Notes: generated from the sequence alone by a model not told the origin. Numbered from the stretch's first letter, positions 11,989 to 21,053 are shown. The stretch: DNA of 64,000 bases from an uncultured Pelagibacteraceae bacterium (GCA_902634765.1 CACPLH010000001.1:44533-108532); one strand, 5' to 3'. Numbers and translations: made by a program.

Positions 11989-12005
11989 TTTAGAATTATT
12001 CTAAT
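11989..12005. promoter_or_regulatory. Irr-box / iron control element (ICE)-like operator TTTAGAATTATTCTAAT
   Basis: 16 of 17 matches to TTTAGAA-N3-TTCTAAA. Ends 3 nt before the TTGACA -35 hexamer of the rubrerythrin gene. Confidence 0.6.
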
Positions 12006-12008
12006 CTA

Positions 12009-12037
12009 TTGACATTTATATTTAAGTTTATATATGT
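12009..12037 (+). promoter_or_regulatory. Putative sigma-70 promoter of the rubrerythrin operon
   Basis: TTGACA at 12009-12014, then a 16-17 nt spacer and TATATG/ATATGT. Followed by RBS AGGAGA (12054-12059) and ATG at 12066. Confidence 0.4.
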
Positions 12038-12065
12038 GAAACATAATCAATTTAGGAGATTAATA

Positions 12066-12485
12066 ATGACTTCATTAAAAGAAAGTAAAACACTTGATAA
12101 TTTAAAAGCTGCTTTCGCTGGAGAAAGTCAAGCTAATAGAAGATATCTATATTTTGCTCAAAAAGCAGATGTCGAAGGTCACAATGATGTAGCTGCTGTA
12201 TTTAGATCTACCGCTGAAGGTGAAACAGGACATGCTCATGGACATCTTGAGTTTATGGAAGAAGTGGGAGACCCTGCAACCGGTGAGCCAATTGGATCAA
12301 CAGAAGACAACCTTAAGGCTGCAATTGCCGGTGAGACACATGAGTATACTGATATGTATCCCGGTATGGCAAAGACGGCAAGGGAAGAGGGCTTTGATGA
12401 AATTGCTGACTGGTTTGAAACTTTGGCAAAAGCTGAAAAGTCGCACGCAGGTAAATTTCAAAAAACTCTAGACTCGATCGAATAG
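12066..12485 (+). CDS. Rubrerythrin-family (erythrin, no rubredoxin domain) diiron protein
   Basis: MTSLKESKTLDNLKAAFAGESQANRRY..., with two ExxH diiron motifs (EGETGH, EKSH) in four-helix-bundle repeats. I prefer the ATG at 12066 with its AGGAGA RBS over the track's TTG at 12009. Confidence 0.85.
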   Translation: MTSLKESKTLDNLKAAFAGESQANRRYLYFAQKADVEGHNDVAAVFRSTAEGETGHAHGHLEFMEEVGDPATGEPIGSTEDNLKAAIAGETHEYTDMYPGMAKTAREEGFDEIADWFETLAKAEKSHAGKFQKTLDSIE

Positions 12486-12493
12486 TTTTCTTA

Positions 12494-12525
12494 ATTGAGA
12501 GACTGAGCTATCTCAGTCTCTCAAT
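12494..12525 (+). promoter_or_regulatory. Perfect 14-bp stem / 4-nt loop hairpin between rubrerythrin and the next gene
   Basis: ATTGAGAGACTGAG-CTAT-CTCAGTCTCTCAAT read directly. No downstream T-tract, so it is not a canonical intrinsic terminator. It may be an intercistronic attenuator or mRNA-stabilising element. Confidence 0.5.
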
Positions 12526-12534
12526 CATCAAATT

Positions 12535-13872
12535 ATGACAGAAAAAAAAGAGGGAAGTCTCTCAGCTCCAACACGTGATATTGTCGACTGGAAAAGCCCT
12601 GATTATTTAGACGAGGATTCTTTAGATGCTGAAATGCGTAGACAATTTGAGGTGTGCCATAGCTGCAGAAGATGCTTCAATTTATGTGAGTCATTTCCAA
12701 CTTTATTTGATTTAATTGATGAATCAAAAGACGAATCATTAGAAAGTGTTGACTCTAAAGACTTTCCTAAAGTTGTCGATAAATGCACATTATGTGACAT
12801 GTGTTTTATGACTAAGTGTCCTTATGTCCCACCCCATGAATTTAACATTGATTTTCCACACCTTATGTTGAGATATAGAAATCTTCAAAAGAAAAAAGGT
12901 CAGCTTAGTAAAATGCCACAAGAACTTGCAAAAATTGATCGTAATGCAAAAATAGCTGGTATATCTCCATCAATTGCTAATTGGGGATCAAATAAAAAAA
13001 ATACTCTTATAAGAAAATCTCTTGAGGCTATAACTGGAATTGATAAGAACGCTGAGTTACCTAAATTTGAAAAGAAAACTTATATTCAGCATTCAAAAGA
13101 AATCTCTAAAGTCATAAATAAAGATGCGCCTGCATTTGGAAGAAAAGTTGCAATCTATTCTACATGTTATGTAAATTATAATAATACTGCTGTAGGGATA
13201 GCGGCTGAAAAAGTTTTATTACACAATGGTGTTGAAGTCATACCTGTTTATCCTGGGTGCTGTGGAATGCCTTACTTAGAGCAATCTCAACATGAAAAAG
13301 TTGTAAAACAGTCAGAACTTGTTTCAGATGAATTATGCAAACTAATTGATGAGGGCTACGATATTGTAACCTTAACGGCAAGTTGTGGACTAATGCTAAA
13401 ATTTGAATGGCCTTTATTAAACCCTGATAATAAAAAAATAAAAAAACTTTCAAATAATACTTATGATATTGACCAGTATGTATCTGACATATCAAAAAAA
13501 GAAGGTCTCACAACAGGCCTGAGTTACATTGATGGAGGAATAACGGTTCACAATGCATGTCATGCAAGAGCTCAAAATATGGGAAATAAAGCATTGGAAA
13601 TGCTAAAAAATCTACCAGATACCAAAGTTGATGTAGTGGAAAGATGTGCAGGGCATGGCGGAACCTTTGGTGTAATGAAAGAAACTCGAAATGCTGCTGT
13701 TAAATATGGAAGAACAACAGCAAGACAAATAAAAAATAAAAAAACGAAGTTCGTAGTATCTGATTGTCCATTAGCAAGTAAACATTTAGATGGACTATTA
13801 AATGAAAAAGACGAGGAAGAGATAGTTTCAATGCATCCCATAGAAATCTTATCAAAATCTTATAATTTATAA
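12535..13872 (+). CDS. (Fe-S)-binding oxidoreductase with CCG domains (HdrD/GlpC-like)
   Basis: Two ferredoxin-type Cys clusters (CHSCRRCFNLC, CTLCDMCFMTKCP) and a cysteine-rich CCG motif (YPGCCGMPY), with a second degenerate copy (ERCAGHGG, SDCP). Confidence 0.8.
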   Translation: MTEKKEGSLSAPTRDIVDWKSPDYLDEDSLDAEMRRQFEVCHSCRRCFNLCESFPTLFDLIDESKDESLESVDSKDFPKVVDKCTLCDMCFMTKCPYVPPHEFNIDFPHLMLRYRNLQKKKGQLSKMPQELAKIDRNAKIAGISPSIANWGSNKKNTLIRKSLEAITGIDKNAELPKFEKKTYIQHSKEISKVINKDAPAFGRKVAIYSTCYVNYNNTAVGIAAEKVLLHNGVEVIPVYPGCCGMPYLEQSQHEKVVKQSELVSDELCKLIDEGYDIVTLTASCGLMLKFEWPLLNPDNKKIKKLSNNTYDIDQYVSDISKKEGLTTGLSYIDGGITVHNACHARAQNMGNKALEMLKNLPDTKVDVVERCAGHGGTFGVMKETRNAAVKYGRTTARQIKNKKTKFVVSDCPLASKHLDGLLNEKDEEEIVSMHPIEILSKSYNL

Positions 13873-13891
13873 TCAAATTTTTGGAGAGAAT

Positions 13892-14485
13892 ATGTCATAC
13901 AAAGAAAAAAAAATAGAACCGTCAGATATTTTATCTATAGATCAATATACTGCTGAGCGAAAAACTATAAGAAAAAATCTTGTAGCCATCAAAAAAGATA
14001 GGCGTGTTAGCTTGGGCCCTCACGCTACATTCTATTTTGAAAATTATTATACGATGAGAGCTCAAATTCAAGAGATGCTATATATCGAAAAAGGTGGTGA
14101 TGAACAATTAAAGGATGAAATGGAAGCATATAATCCACTCATTCCTCAAGGCAAAGAAATTGTTGCTACATTTATGTTTGAAATCGATAGTCCAATTACA
14201 AGAAAAAATGTTCTTAGCCAGCTTGGCGGTGTTGAAAACTTAATTTATATTTCTATCGATGGTGATAAAATTTTTGCAACTCCTGAGGGCGACACAGAGA
14301 GAACTGATGCGTATGGAAAAACTTCCTCTGTACATTTCATACATTTTCATATGACCGATGATCAAATTAATAAATTTAAAAATACAGAGTCTAAAATTGA
14401 ATTGGGAACTGACCATCAAGAATATCTACACACTACAGTCATTTCTTCTGATACAAAATCATCTTTAATTGAAGATTTAGATTAA
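13892..14485 (+). CDS. DUF3501-like protein of unknown function
   Basis: 197 aa soluble protein directly after the CCG Fe-S gene. I recall this gene trio (rubrerythrin, HdrD-like, DUF3501) as a recurrent neighbourhood. Family assignment is from memory, not searched. Confidence 0.55.
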   Translation: MSYKEKKIEPSDILSIDQYTAERKTIRKNLVAIKKDRRVSLGPHATFYFENYYTMRAQIQEMLYIEKGGDEQLKDEMEAYNPLIPQGKEIVATFMFEIDSPITRKNVLSQLGGVENLIYISIDGDKIFATPEGDTERTDAYGKTSSVHFIHFHMTDDQINKFKNTESKIELGTDHQEYLHTTVISSDTKSSLIEDLD

Positions 14486-15961
14486 TTAGTAAGTATTATC
14501 TCTAATAAATTTATTAGCCTGGGTGAATATTCTTTTTTTTCTTTCAGGGCCAATCTTTTCTAATGAGTGTGCCATCATTGATAATCTATGATTGCTTTTT
14601 ATATATTTTTTGTTTTTTTCTATAAATTGCCAATATAATCCATCGACTATTTCACACCAATCCCCTCGTTTATAATCGCTCATTTTTAATAGGTAATTTG
14701 ATCCACAAATATAGGGCTTAGTTGCAAAAATTCCCCCATCACTAAATGTACCCATTCCAAAAACATTAGGAGTCATGACCCAATCACTTGAGTCAATAAA
14801 CATTTCCATGAACCACTTAAATATTTCCTTAGGATCAATACCTGAGAGGTTCATTATATTTGAAATCAACATTAGTCGAATTATGTGATGTGCGTATCCA
14901 AATTTATTTACTTCCTTGATTGCATGATCTAGTGGTTCAATTCCAGTGCTTCCATCATACCAACTCTTTTTCAATTTTAATCTATGGTTCCAAAAATTTG
15001 ATTTTTTCATGCTGATATCGTGATAATCATAAACATTCTTAATGAATTCTCTCCATCCTATGATTTGCCTTACAAAACCCTCGACATTATTAATTTGGAT
15101 TTTTTTGGTTTTTGCAAATTTAATTGCCTTATTTATTACTTCTTCTGGCGTTAATAAGCCTATATTTAATAGTGGACTCAACAAACTGTGAAATAATATG
15201 TGTCCTTTTTTTGATATGGCATCTTCATAATCCCCAAAAAGAAAAAATTTATTTTTCAGGAAATCATCAAGCCAAGACAAGGCCTGCCTTCTTGTTGTAG
15301 GTATATTAAAGTTTTCTATTGATCCCGGATGACTATCAAAGAGGTTTGAGATTACTTTCTTTATTTGTTGTGTATTATGTGTCGCTGAAATTTTCTTGAT
15401 CTTTGGAACTGATATCGACTCTGGCAGTTTTTTTCTATTTAATTCATCATATGACCACTGGCCTCCTTCAGGGTTCTTTCCTTTCATAAGTATATTTAGA
15501 TCGGATCTTTGTAGTTTATAGAAATTACCCATGAAAGGTTTTTTATTTTTTTCAAAAAACTTTTCCTTTAATCCTTGTTTTGTAAGAAACATAGGGTTTG
15601 GTATAAATGAAAGTTCAACATTTAATTTTTTACACGTTTTTTTTAGGATACGATCAAAAAAATGATCTGAAACTTTAAATGTAATTATTCTTTTGACCTT
15701 TTGATTTTTAATTACTTTTTCTAGCTTTGCTGAATATGATAAATTTTTATTTTGATTAATTTCGTTATAAATAACTTTAAAATTATTATTTATAAGCTCA
15801 TCACGATAAGATCTCATTGCACTTAAAAAAAGTATCAGTTTATGCTTATGATATTTTTCTTGAGTACAAAGCCCAAAATCCTCTGCCATATAAAAAAAAT
15901 CTTTTTTATATTCTTGTAAATATTTATGAGGAAATAGTTGATCGCCTAAAATAAGAAACAT
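14486..15961 (-). CDS. Cryptochrome/photolyase-related protein of the COG3046 / bacterial (6-4) photolyase (FeS-BCP) type
   Basis: N-terminus MFLILGDQLF plus GWREF, YAHHIIRLM and DWVMTPNV motifs typical of this clade. 491 aa. Confidence 0.75.
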   Translation of the reverse strand: MFLILGDQLFPHKYLQEYKKDFFYMAEDFGLCTQEKYHKHKLILFLSAMRSYRDELINNNFKVIYNEINQNKNLSYSAKLEKVIKNQKVKRIITFKVSDHFFDRILKKTCKKLNVELSFIPNPMFLTKQGLKEKFFEKNKKPFMGNFYKLQRSDLNILMKGKNPEGGQWSYDELNRKKLPESISVPKIKKISATHNTQQIKKVISNLFDSHPGSIENFNIPTTRRQALSWLDDFLKNKFFLFGDYEDAISKKGHILFHSLLSPLLNIGLLTPEEVINKAIKFAKTKKIQINNVEGFVRQIIGWREFIKNVYDYHDISMKKSNFWNHRLKLKKSWYDGSTGIEPLDHAIKEVNKFGYAHHIIRLMLISNIMNLSGIDPKEIFKWFMEMFIDSSDWVMTPNVFGMGTFSDGGIFATKPYICGSNYLLKMSDYKRGDWCEIVDGLYWQFIEKNKKYIKSNHRLSMMAHSLEKIGPERKKRIFTQANKFIRDNTY

Positions 15962-15973
15962 TGACTAAAGATA

Positions 15974-16420
15974 TTACTTTCCTGTAGATCCAAAACCTTT
16001 TTGATCTCTTGAAGTTTGATCTAAATCTTTCACTTCATTAAAAGAAACTTTTACAACTTCATTAAAAACTAATTGTGCTATTCTATCATTATTTTTGATT
16101 AAAAAATCTTCATTTCCATGATTAATTAGTATTACTTTTATTTCTCCACGATAATCTGAGTCAATAGTTCCAGGTGAATTCAATACTGTAATTCCGTATT
16201 TTAATGATAGACCAGATCTAGGTCTTACCTGGCCTTCAATATTTTGAGGTAAACTTACTGCTATTCCAGTGGGAATCAGTTCTCTTTCGTTTGGTTTAAT
16301 TAAAATATCATTTTCTATAAAAGCAGATAAGTCCATACCAACCGATCCTTCAGTCTGGTACTTAGGAAGATCAAAGCTATTATTGTTTAGCTTTTTAATT
16401 AAGACAGTATTTTGTTTCAT
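15974..16420 (-). CDS. dut: dUTP diphosphatase
   Basis: 148 aa with GTIDSDYRGE and GFGSTG motifs. Confidence 0.9.
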   Translation of the reverse strand: MKQNTVLIKKLNNNSFDLPKYQTEGSVGMDLSAFIENDILIKPNERELIPTGIAVSLPQNIEGQVRPRSGLSLKYGITVLNSPGTIDSDYRGEIKVILINHGNEDFLIKNNDRIAQLVFNEVVKVSFNEVKDLDQTSRDQKGFGSTGK

Positions 16421-16429
16421 TTTAGTAAC

Positions 16430-17635
16430 TTAATGAAAGAAGTGATCTACAATCCTCTGAGATAGTTTGTTTGCTACTTCAGATTTAGTCATTTTGGGCC
16501 AATTTTCAATACCATGATTAGATAAAAGACATATTTCATTGTGATTTTTTCCGATAACTTTTCCACCAGAAACATCATTAGCAACAATCCAATCAGAACC
16601 TTTAGAATTTAGTTTAATAGTTGCATTATCAATTAAATTACTTGTCTCAGCCGCAAATCCAATAACTAATTTTGGTCTTTTAGAATTTCTTGTTCCAATT
16701 GATTTAAGAATATCCACATTCTCACTCAGTTCTAAATTTAAAACATTTCCTGTTTTTTTTATTTTTTCATTATTTAACTTCTCAACTCTAAAATCTCCTA
16801 CGGCTGCTGCACAGACAGCAATATCGGATGGTAAATTATTTTCACATGCATTAAGCATTTCATGCGCTGATCTAACTTTTACAAAATTGCAACCTATAGG
16901 AGGCTCTAAATGAGTTGGACCAGAGATTAACGTTGTTTTCGCACCTAACTGTGACAAACGATTAGCAATTGCATAACCTTGTTTTCCTGATGACTCATTA
17001 GAAATAAATCGAATTGGGTCGATCATTTCCTGAGTAGGACCTGCTGTAACTATTGCAGATAAATTTTTAAGAGGTTTTGAATAATATGTTTTAATAAAAT
17101 CTAATGTTTCATCTACAATTTTATTAGTCTCACTTAATCTACCTTCCCCATACTCTCCACAAGCCATAGATCCACTTTCAGGGCCAATAAAATTGATACC
17201 ATCATTTTTAAGAATTTTAATATTTCGTTGTGTAGACTCATTAAGCCACATTTGAACATTCATTGCAGGTGCAATTATTACAGGTTTGTTAGTTGCTTTT
17301 AAAACTGTTGAGGCTAAATCATCTGCTATTCCATGACTAATTTTTGAAATAATATTTGCTGTTGCTGGTGCAACTAATAAAACATCAGCCATCCTTGCAA
17401 GCTGAATATGGCCCATTTGATGTTCATCAGTTAAGTTAAATAGATCGGTATAAACTCTATTTTCTGATAAACTTTCTATTGATAGTGGAGTAACAAATTC
17501 TGAACCTGACTTCGTAAGAATACATGTTATATCACATCCTTCTTCTCTAAACTTTCTAATTAGATCAAGAGATTTATAGGCTGCAATTCCACCAGTTATA
17601 ATAAGTAGTATTTTTTTCTTCATCATTATTTTCAA
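16430..17635 (-). CDS. coaBC: Bifunctional phosphopantothenoylcysteine decarboxylase / phosphopantothenate-cysteine ligase
   Basis: 401 aa. Flavoprotein N-domain (ILLIITGGIAAYK) and DFP C-domain (VTAGPTQEMIDPIRFISNESSGKQG). Confidence 0.9.
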   Translation of the reverse strand: MKIMMKKKILLIITGGIAAYKSLDLIRKFREEGCDITCILTKSGSEFVTPLSIESLSENRVYTDLFNLTDEHQMGHIQLARMADVLLVAPATANIISKISHGIADDLASTVLKATNKPVIIAPAMNVQMWLNESTQRNIKILKNDGINFIGPESGSMACGEYGEGRLSETNKIVDETLDFIKTYYSKPLKNLSAIVTAGPTQEMIDPIRFISNESSGKQGYAIANRLSQLGAKTTLISGPTHLEPPIGCNFVKVRSAHEMLNACENNLPSDIAVCAAAVGDFRVEKLNNEKIKKTGNVLNLELSENVDILKSIGTRNSKRPKLVIGFAAETSNLIDNATIKLNSKGSDWIVANDVSGGKVIGKNHNEICLLSNHGIENWPKMTKSEVANKLSQRIVDHFFH

Positions 17636-17688
17636 AATATATTTACTTTAATAAATAAATAAAAGACATCTTTTTAAAATTTATTGTT

Positions 17689-19203
17689 TTATATCAATGT
17701 GATAATTCCCAATATTATGATGAATACAACTCCACCTTTAATAAAATAATTTGGACTCGGTGCTTTTTCTTTATTCATTTCACTGATTGTATCAATTGCA
17801 TTTTCAGCTCTTGATAAAAAATCAGGAAGGTCAGGAACTTTTCTTGCTAAAACTTTTAAAGTTTCTTGGGTTTCCTTAAGTCTATTCTTTATGCCTAATT
17901 CATCTTTTAACCATTCTTCAATTTCAGGCTTTGAAACTTCCCAAAAATTAATATTAGGATCTAAATTTCTTGCAACACCCTCAACAATTATCATTGTCTT
18001 TTGAAGAAGTAAAAGTTGAGGTTGTAGTGACATATTAAATTGTTTTGTTATTTCAAATAATTGCACTAATACATTACCCATAGAGATATTTTTTGCTTTT
18101 TGATTTATTATCGGCTCACCAATTGATCGAAGTGCTTGTGAAAAATCTTCAATGGATTCGTTTTTATCTATTAATCCTGCTTCTTTATGAATTTTTGCGA
18201 TATCATGATAATCTTGTCTAATAAATCCATAAATTATTTCTGCGAGATAACGTCTATTTTGTTTGTCTAATCTCCCCATAATTCCAAAATCTACAGCAAT
18301 TAAATTACTAGACTCGTCAATAAATAAGTTTCCCTGATGAAGGTCTGCATGAAAGTAACCGTCACGAATAGACTGTCTTAAAAATGTAACAATTAAATTT
18401 TTTGCTGCTTGTTGTTTATCAATCTGAGTATTGTCAATTTTATCAATAGGTAACCCATTTACTTTTTCAATTGTAAGAACTTTTTGTGACACCTTGTCCC
18501 AAAATACACTTGGTACTTTAAAATTTTCATCTCTTTTAGTATTTTCAGACAACTCAGAAGCAGCGGCAGCCTCATATCTTAGGTCAAGCTCAAATTTAAT
18601 GACTTCCCTTGCTTTCTTTACTATTGAACCAGCTTGCAATCTTTTAAACTCTTGAAAATTTTCTAGAAATTTTGTTAACCATTCAAGCCTTTTCATCTCA
18701 TCTTCAATAATCTCTTTTATGTTTGGCCTCAATATCTTAACAGCTACTTCAATTTCTTGGCTTTCATTCATAATCTTAGCAAAATGTACTTGAGCGATAG
18801 ATGCAGCTGCAACTGGTTCACTAAAATTTTTGAATATCTGATCTATGTCTTTTTGAAATTCTTGTTCAATAATCTCAATTGCTTCATCTTTTGAGAATGG
18901 TGGAAGACTGTCTCTTAGCAACGCCATATCTTCAGCAACAGCATTTCCAATGATATCAGGACGTGTTGATATAAGTTGGCCTAATTTAATAAAAGAGGGA
19001 CCAAGTTGATTTAATGCTTGCGCAATTCGAATACCATCAGAAGATTCTTTATATTCATTTGATTTTTTTTTCCCTAATGAAATTAAAAATGTAAAAACAT
19101 CAAATAGAAATTTAAATTTAATATTTTTCCTTATTAGTTTAAGAATATTATATTCTTTAAATGTTCTAATAATTTTAATAAAAAAGAAAAAATTAGTTAT
19201 CAT
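17689..19203 (-). CDS. ubiB: ABC1/UbiB-family ubiquinone biosynthesis protein kinase-like protein
   Basis: AAASIAQVH, VAVKILRP and FHADLHQGNL motifs, with a C-terminal TM helix. Overlaps ubiE by 11 nt. Confidence 0.85.
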   Translation of the reverse strand: MITNFFFFIKIIRTFKEYNILKLIRKNIKFKFLFDVFTFLISLGKKKSNEYKESSDGIRIAQALNQLGPSFIKLGQLISTRPDIIGNAVAEDMALLRDSLPPFSKDEAIEIIEQEFQKDIDQIFKNFSEPVAAASIAQVHFAKIMNESQEIEVAVKILRPNIKEIIEDEMKRLEWLTKFLENFQEFKRLQAGSIVKKAREVIKFELDLRYEAAAASELSENTKRDENFKVPSVFWDKVSQKVLTIEKVNGLPIDKIDNTQIDKQQAAKNLIVTFLRQSIRDGYFHADLHQGNLFIDESSNLIAVDFGIMGRLDKQNRRYLAEIIYGFIRQDYHDIAKIHKEAGLIDKNESIEDFSQALRSIGEPIINQKAKNISMGNVLVQLFEITKQFNMSLQPQLLLLQKTMIIVEGVARNLDPNINFWEVSKPEIEEWLKDELGIKNRLKETQETLKVLARKVPDLPDFLSRAENAIDTISEMNKEKAPSPNYFIKGGVVFIIILGIITLI

Positions 19204-19882
19204 TTTTTTTCCACGCAGAATGAATGGCTACTACCCCATTAAATATATTTCTATATTCAACATCAGAAAAATTATTATCTTGAATCATAGATTGAAATAT
19301 TTCTTGAGATGGAAATTTTTCAATTGTATCTGTTAGGTATTCGTATGGTTTTTCGTCACCAACTACAACTTTTCCAATGACAGGTATTATTTTAGAATAT
19401 AGAGAATACATTTTTGATAGATTCACATTTTGAACTTTTGAAAATTCAAGACATAAAAGTCTACCATTATTTTTGAGAACTCTCCTTGCTTCATGTAACG
19501 ATTGATTAATATCTGAAAAATTTCTAGCTCCAAATGATACTAGGTATGCATCAAAAGTATTATCTTTGAAAGGAAGGTTCTCTGCATAAGCATTCACCCA
19601 ACTAATTCTATCATCGTATTTGAATTTTTTTTGCTTTCCGTATTTTGTCATATTTATATTTGGGTCACATACTGTAACTAAACCCTCGCCGTTAATTCTA
19701 TTTAAGAATCTTCTAGCGATATCACCTGTTCCTCCTGCTACATCAATTATATTCATCCCATAAGTAGGCTTAAGCCAATCTAGAAGACATTCCTTCCAAT
19801 ACCTATGAGCACCTACTGACATGAGATCATTCATCAAGTCATAATTGCTTGCTACCTTATTAAATACTTCACTTGTTTTCAT
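19193..19882 (-). CDS. ubiE: Demethylmenaquinone/ubiquinone C-methyltransferase
   Basis: VFNKVASNYDLMNDLMS and the SAM motif DVAGGTGD. Confidence 0.9.
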   Translation of the reverse strand: MKTSEVFNKVASNYDLMNDLMSVGAHRYWKECLLDWLKPTYGMNIIDVAGGTGDIARRFLNRINGEGLVTVCDPNINMTKYGKQKKFKYDDRISWVNAYAENLPFKDNTFDAYLVSFGARNFSDINQSLHEARRVLKNNGRLLCLEFSKVQNVNLSKMYSLYSKIIPVIGKVVVGDEKPYEYLTDTIEKFPSQEIFQSMIQDNNFSDVEYRNIFNGVVAIHSAWKKNDN

Positions 19883-19945
19883 AAAAACTAAATCTAAATC
19901 AAATATTCATATTCTTAATAAATAGAAAGTTTAATATATATTTAT

Positions 19946-20779
19946 ATGCCTGAATTGCCAGAAGTTGAAACAGTTATAAGAGGAATTAGCTCTCGTATAT
20001 TGGGTCAAACCATTGATAAATGTGTTTTAAGTTTAAAAAAACTACGATATCCAATAACCAGAAATTTTAAAAAAGATATACTCTCAACAAAAGTAATAAG
20101 TATCTCAAGAAGAGCTAAGTATATCCTCATTAATCTTAGCAACAATAAAACAATTATTATGCATCTTGGAATGTCAGGACGAATTATTCTTACCTCAAAT
20201 AATGAAAATCCAAAATTCAAGCATACCCATATGAGTCTATATTTTAAAAATAACTTAATAGCTAAGTTTATTGATCCAAGAAGATTTGGTTGCATATTAC
20301 TTTTTGATACTAAAGCTATTAGTAAAGATAAACTATTTAGTCACTTGGGACCTGAGCCATTAAGTAAACAATTCAATCCAAATTACTTAGAAAGATCATG
20401 TCAAAATAAGAAAGCTTCAATAAAGTCTGTTATTATGAACCAATATATAGTTGTAGGAATAGGAAATATTTATGCATCTGAATCACTTTTTCGTTCAGGT
20501 ATCAATCCAAAGATAAAAGCATTTGATATTACTTATGAGCAATGCGTTCAATTAGTCAAAAGTATTAAGTTTGTTTTGAATAGAGCTATTAAACTCGGGG
20601 GCTCAAGCATAAATGACTACTCCATGGTTGATGGAATGTTAGGATACTTCCAAAATGAGCACAAAGTCTATGAAAGAGAGGGTAAAAATTGCTCAAAAAA
20701 AACTTGTAATGGACGTATATTAAGAATAGTAATAGCCCAGCGATCAACATATTATTGTTCGCAATGTCAAAAAAATTAA
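19946..20779 (+). CDS. mutM: Formamidopyrimidine-DNA glycosylase
   Basis: MPELPEVE N-terminus and a C-terminal zinc finger (CxxC...YYCSQCQ). Confidence 0.9.
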   Translation: MPELPEVETVIRGISSRILGQTIDKCVLSLKKLRYPITRNFKKDILSTKVISISRRAKYILINLSNNKTIIMHLGMSGRIILTSNNENPKFKHTHMSLYFKNNLIAKFIDPRRFGCILLFDTKAISKDKLFSHLGPEPLSKQFNPNYLERSCQNKKASIKSVIMNQYIVVGIGNIYASESLFRSGINPKIKAFDITYEQCVQLVKSIKFVLNRAIKLGGSSINDYSMVDGMLGYFQNEHKVYEREGKNCSKKTCNGRILRIVIAQRSTYYCSQCQKN

Positions 20780-20789
20780 TTGTAAGAAT

Positions 20790-21053
20790 ATGGCAAATAC
20801 AAAATCTGCGAAAGCAAAAGTTAGAGAAATTCAGAATAAGACTGAGTTTAATAAATCTATTAAAAATAGATATCGTACCTTTTTAAAAAAAGTTGAACTA
20901 AATATAGTAAAGGGTGACAAAAAAGAAGCTCAAGCCTCTCTCAGAGTTGCAGAATCAGAAATAATGTCCGCAGTTTCAAAAAAAATTATCCATTTGAATA
21001 CAGCATCCAGAAAAATATCAAGACTTTCAAATAAGATAAAATCATTAAAATAA
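20790..21053 (+). CDS. rpsT: 30S ribosomal protein S20
   Basis: 87 aa basic protein starting MANTKSAKAKVRE. Upstream of dnaA, as in other alphaproteobacteria. Confidence 0.9.
   Translation: MANTKSAKAKVREIQNKTEFNKSIKNRYRTFLKKVELNIVKGDKKEAQASLRVAESEIMSAVSKKIIHLNTASRKISRLSNKIKSLK

Noticed and set aside
12009-12065. Track start (TTG at 12009) for the rubrerythrin ORF, adding the N-terminal extension MTFIFKFIYVKHNQFRRLI.
   Set aside because: The TTG is part of a TTGACA -35-like hexamer. A strong AGGAGA RBS precedes the ATG at 12066, and the family's conserved N-terminus begins there.
12220-12471. 83-aa alternative-frame ORF within the rubrerythrin gene, and a locally GC-richer patch that might suggest horizontal transfer.
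   Set aside because: The open alternative frame follows from the Gly/Ala/Glu-rich codons of this segment. The composition shift is explained by amino-acid content, and the flanking operon genes have ordinary AT-rich composition.
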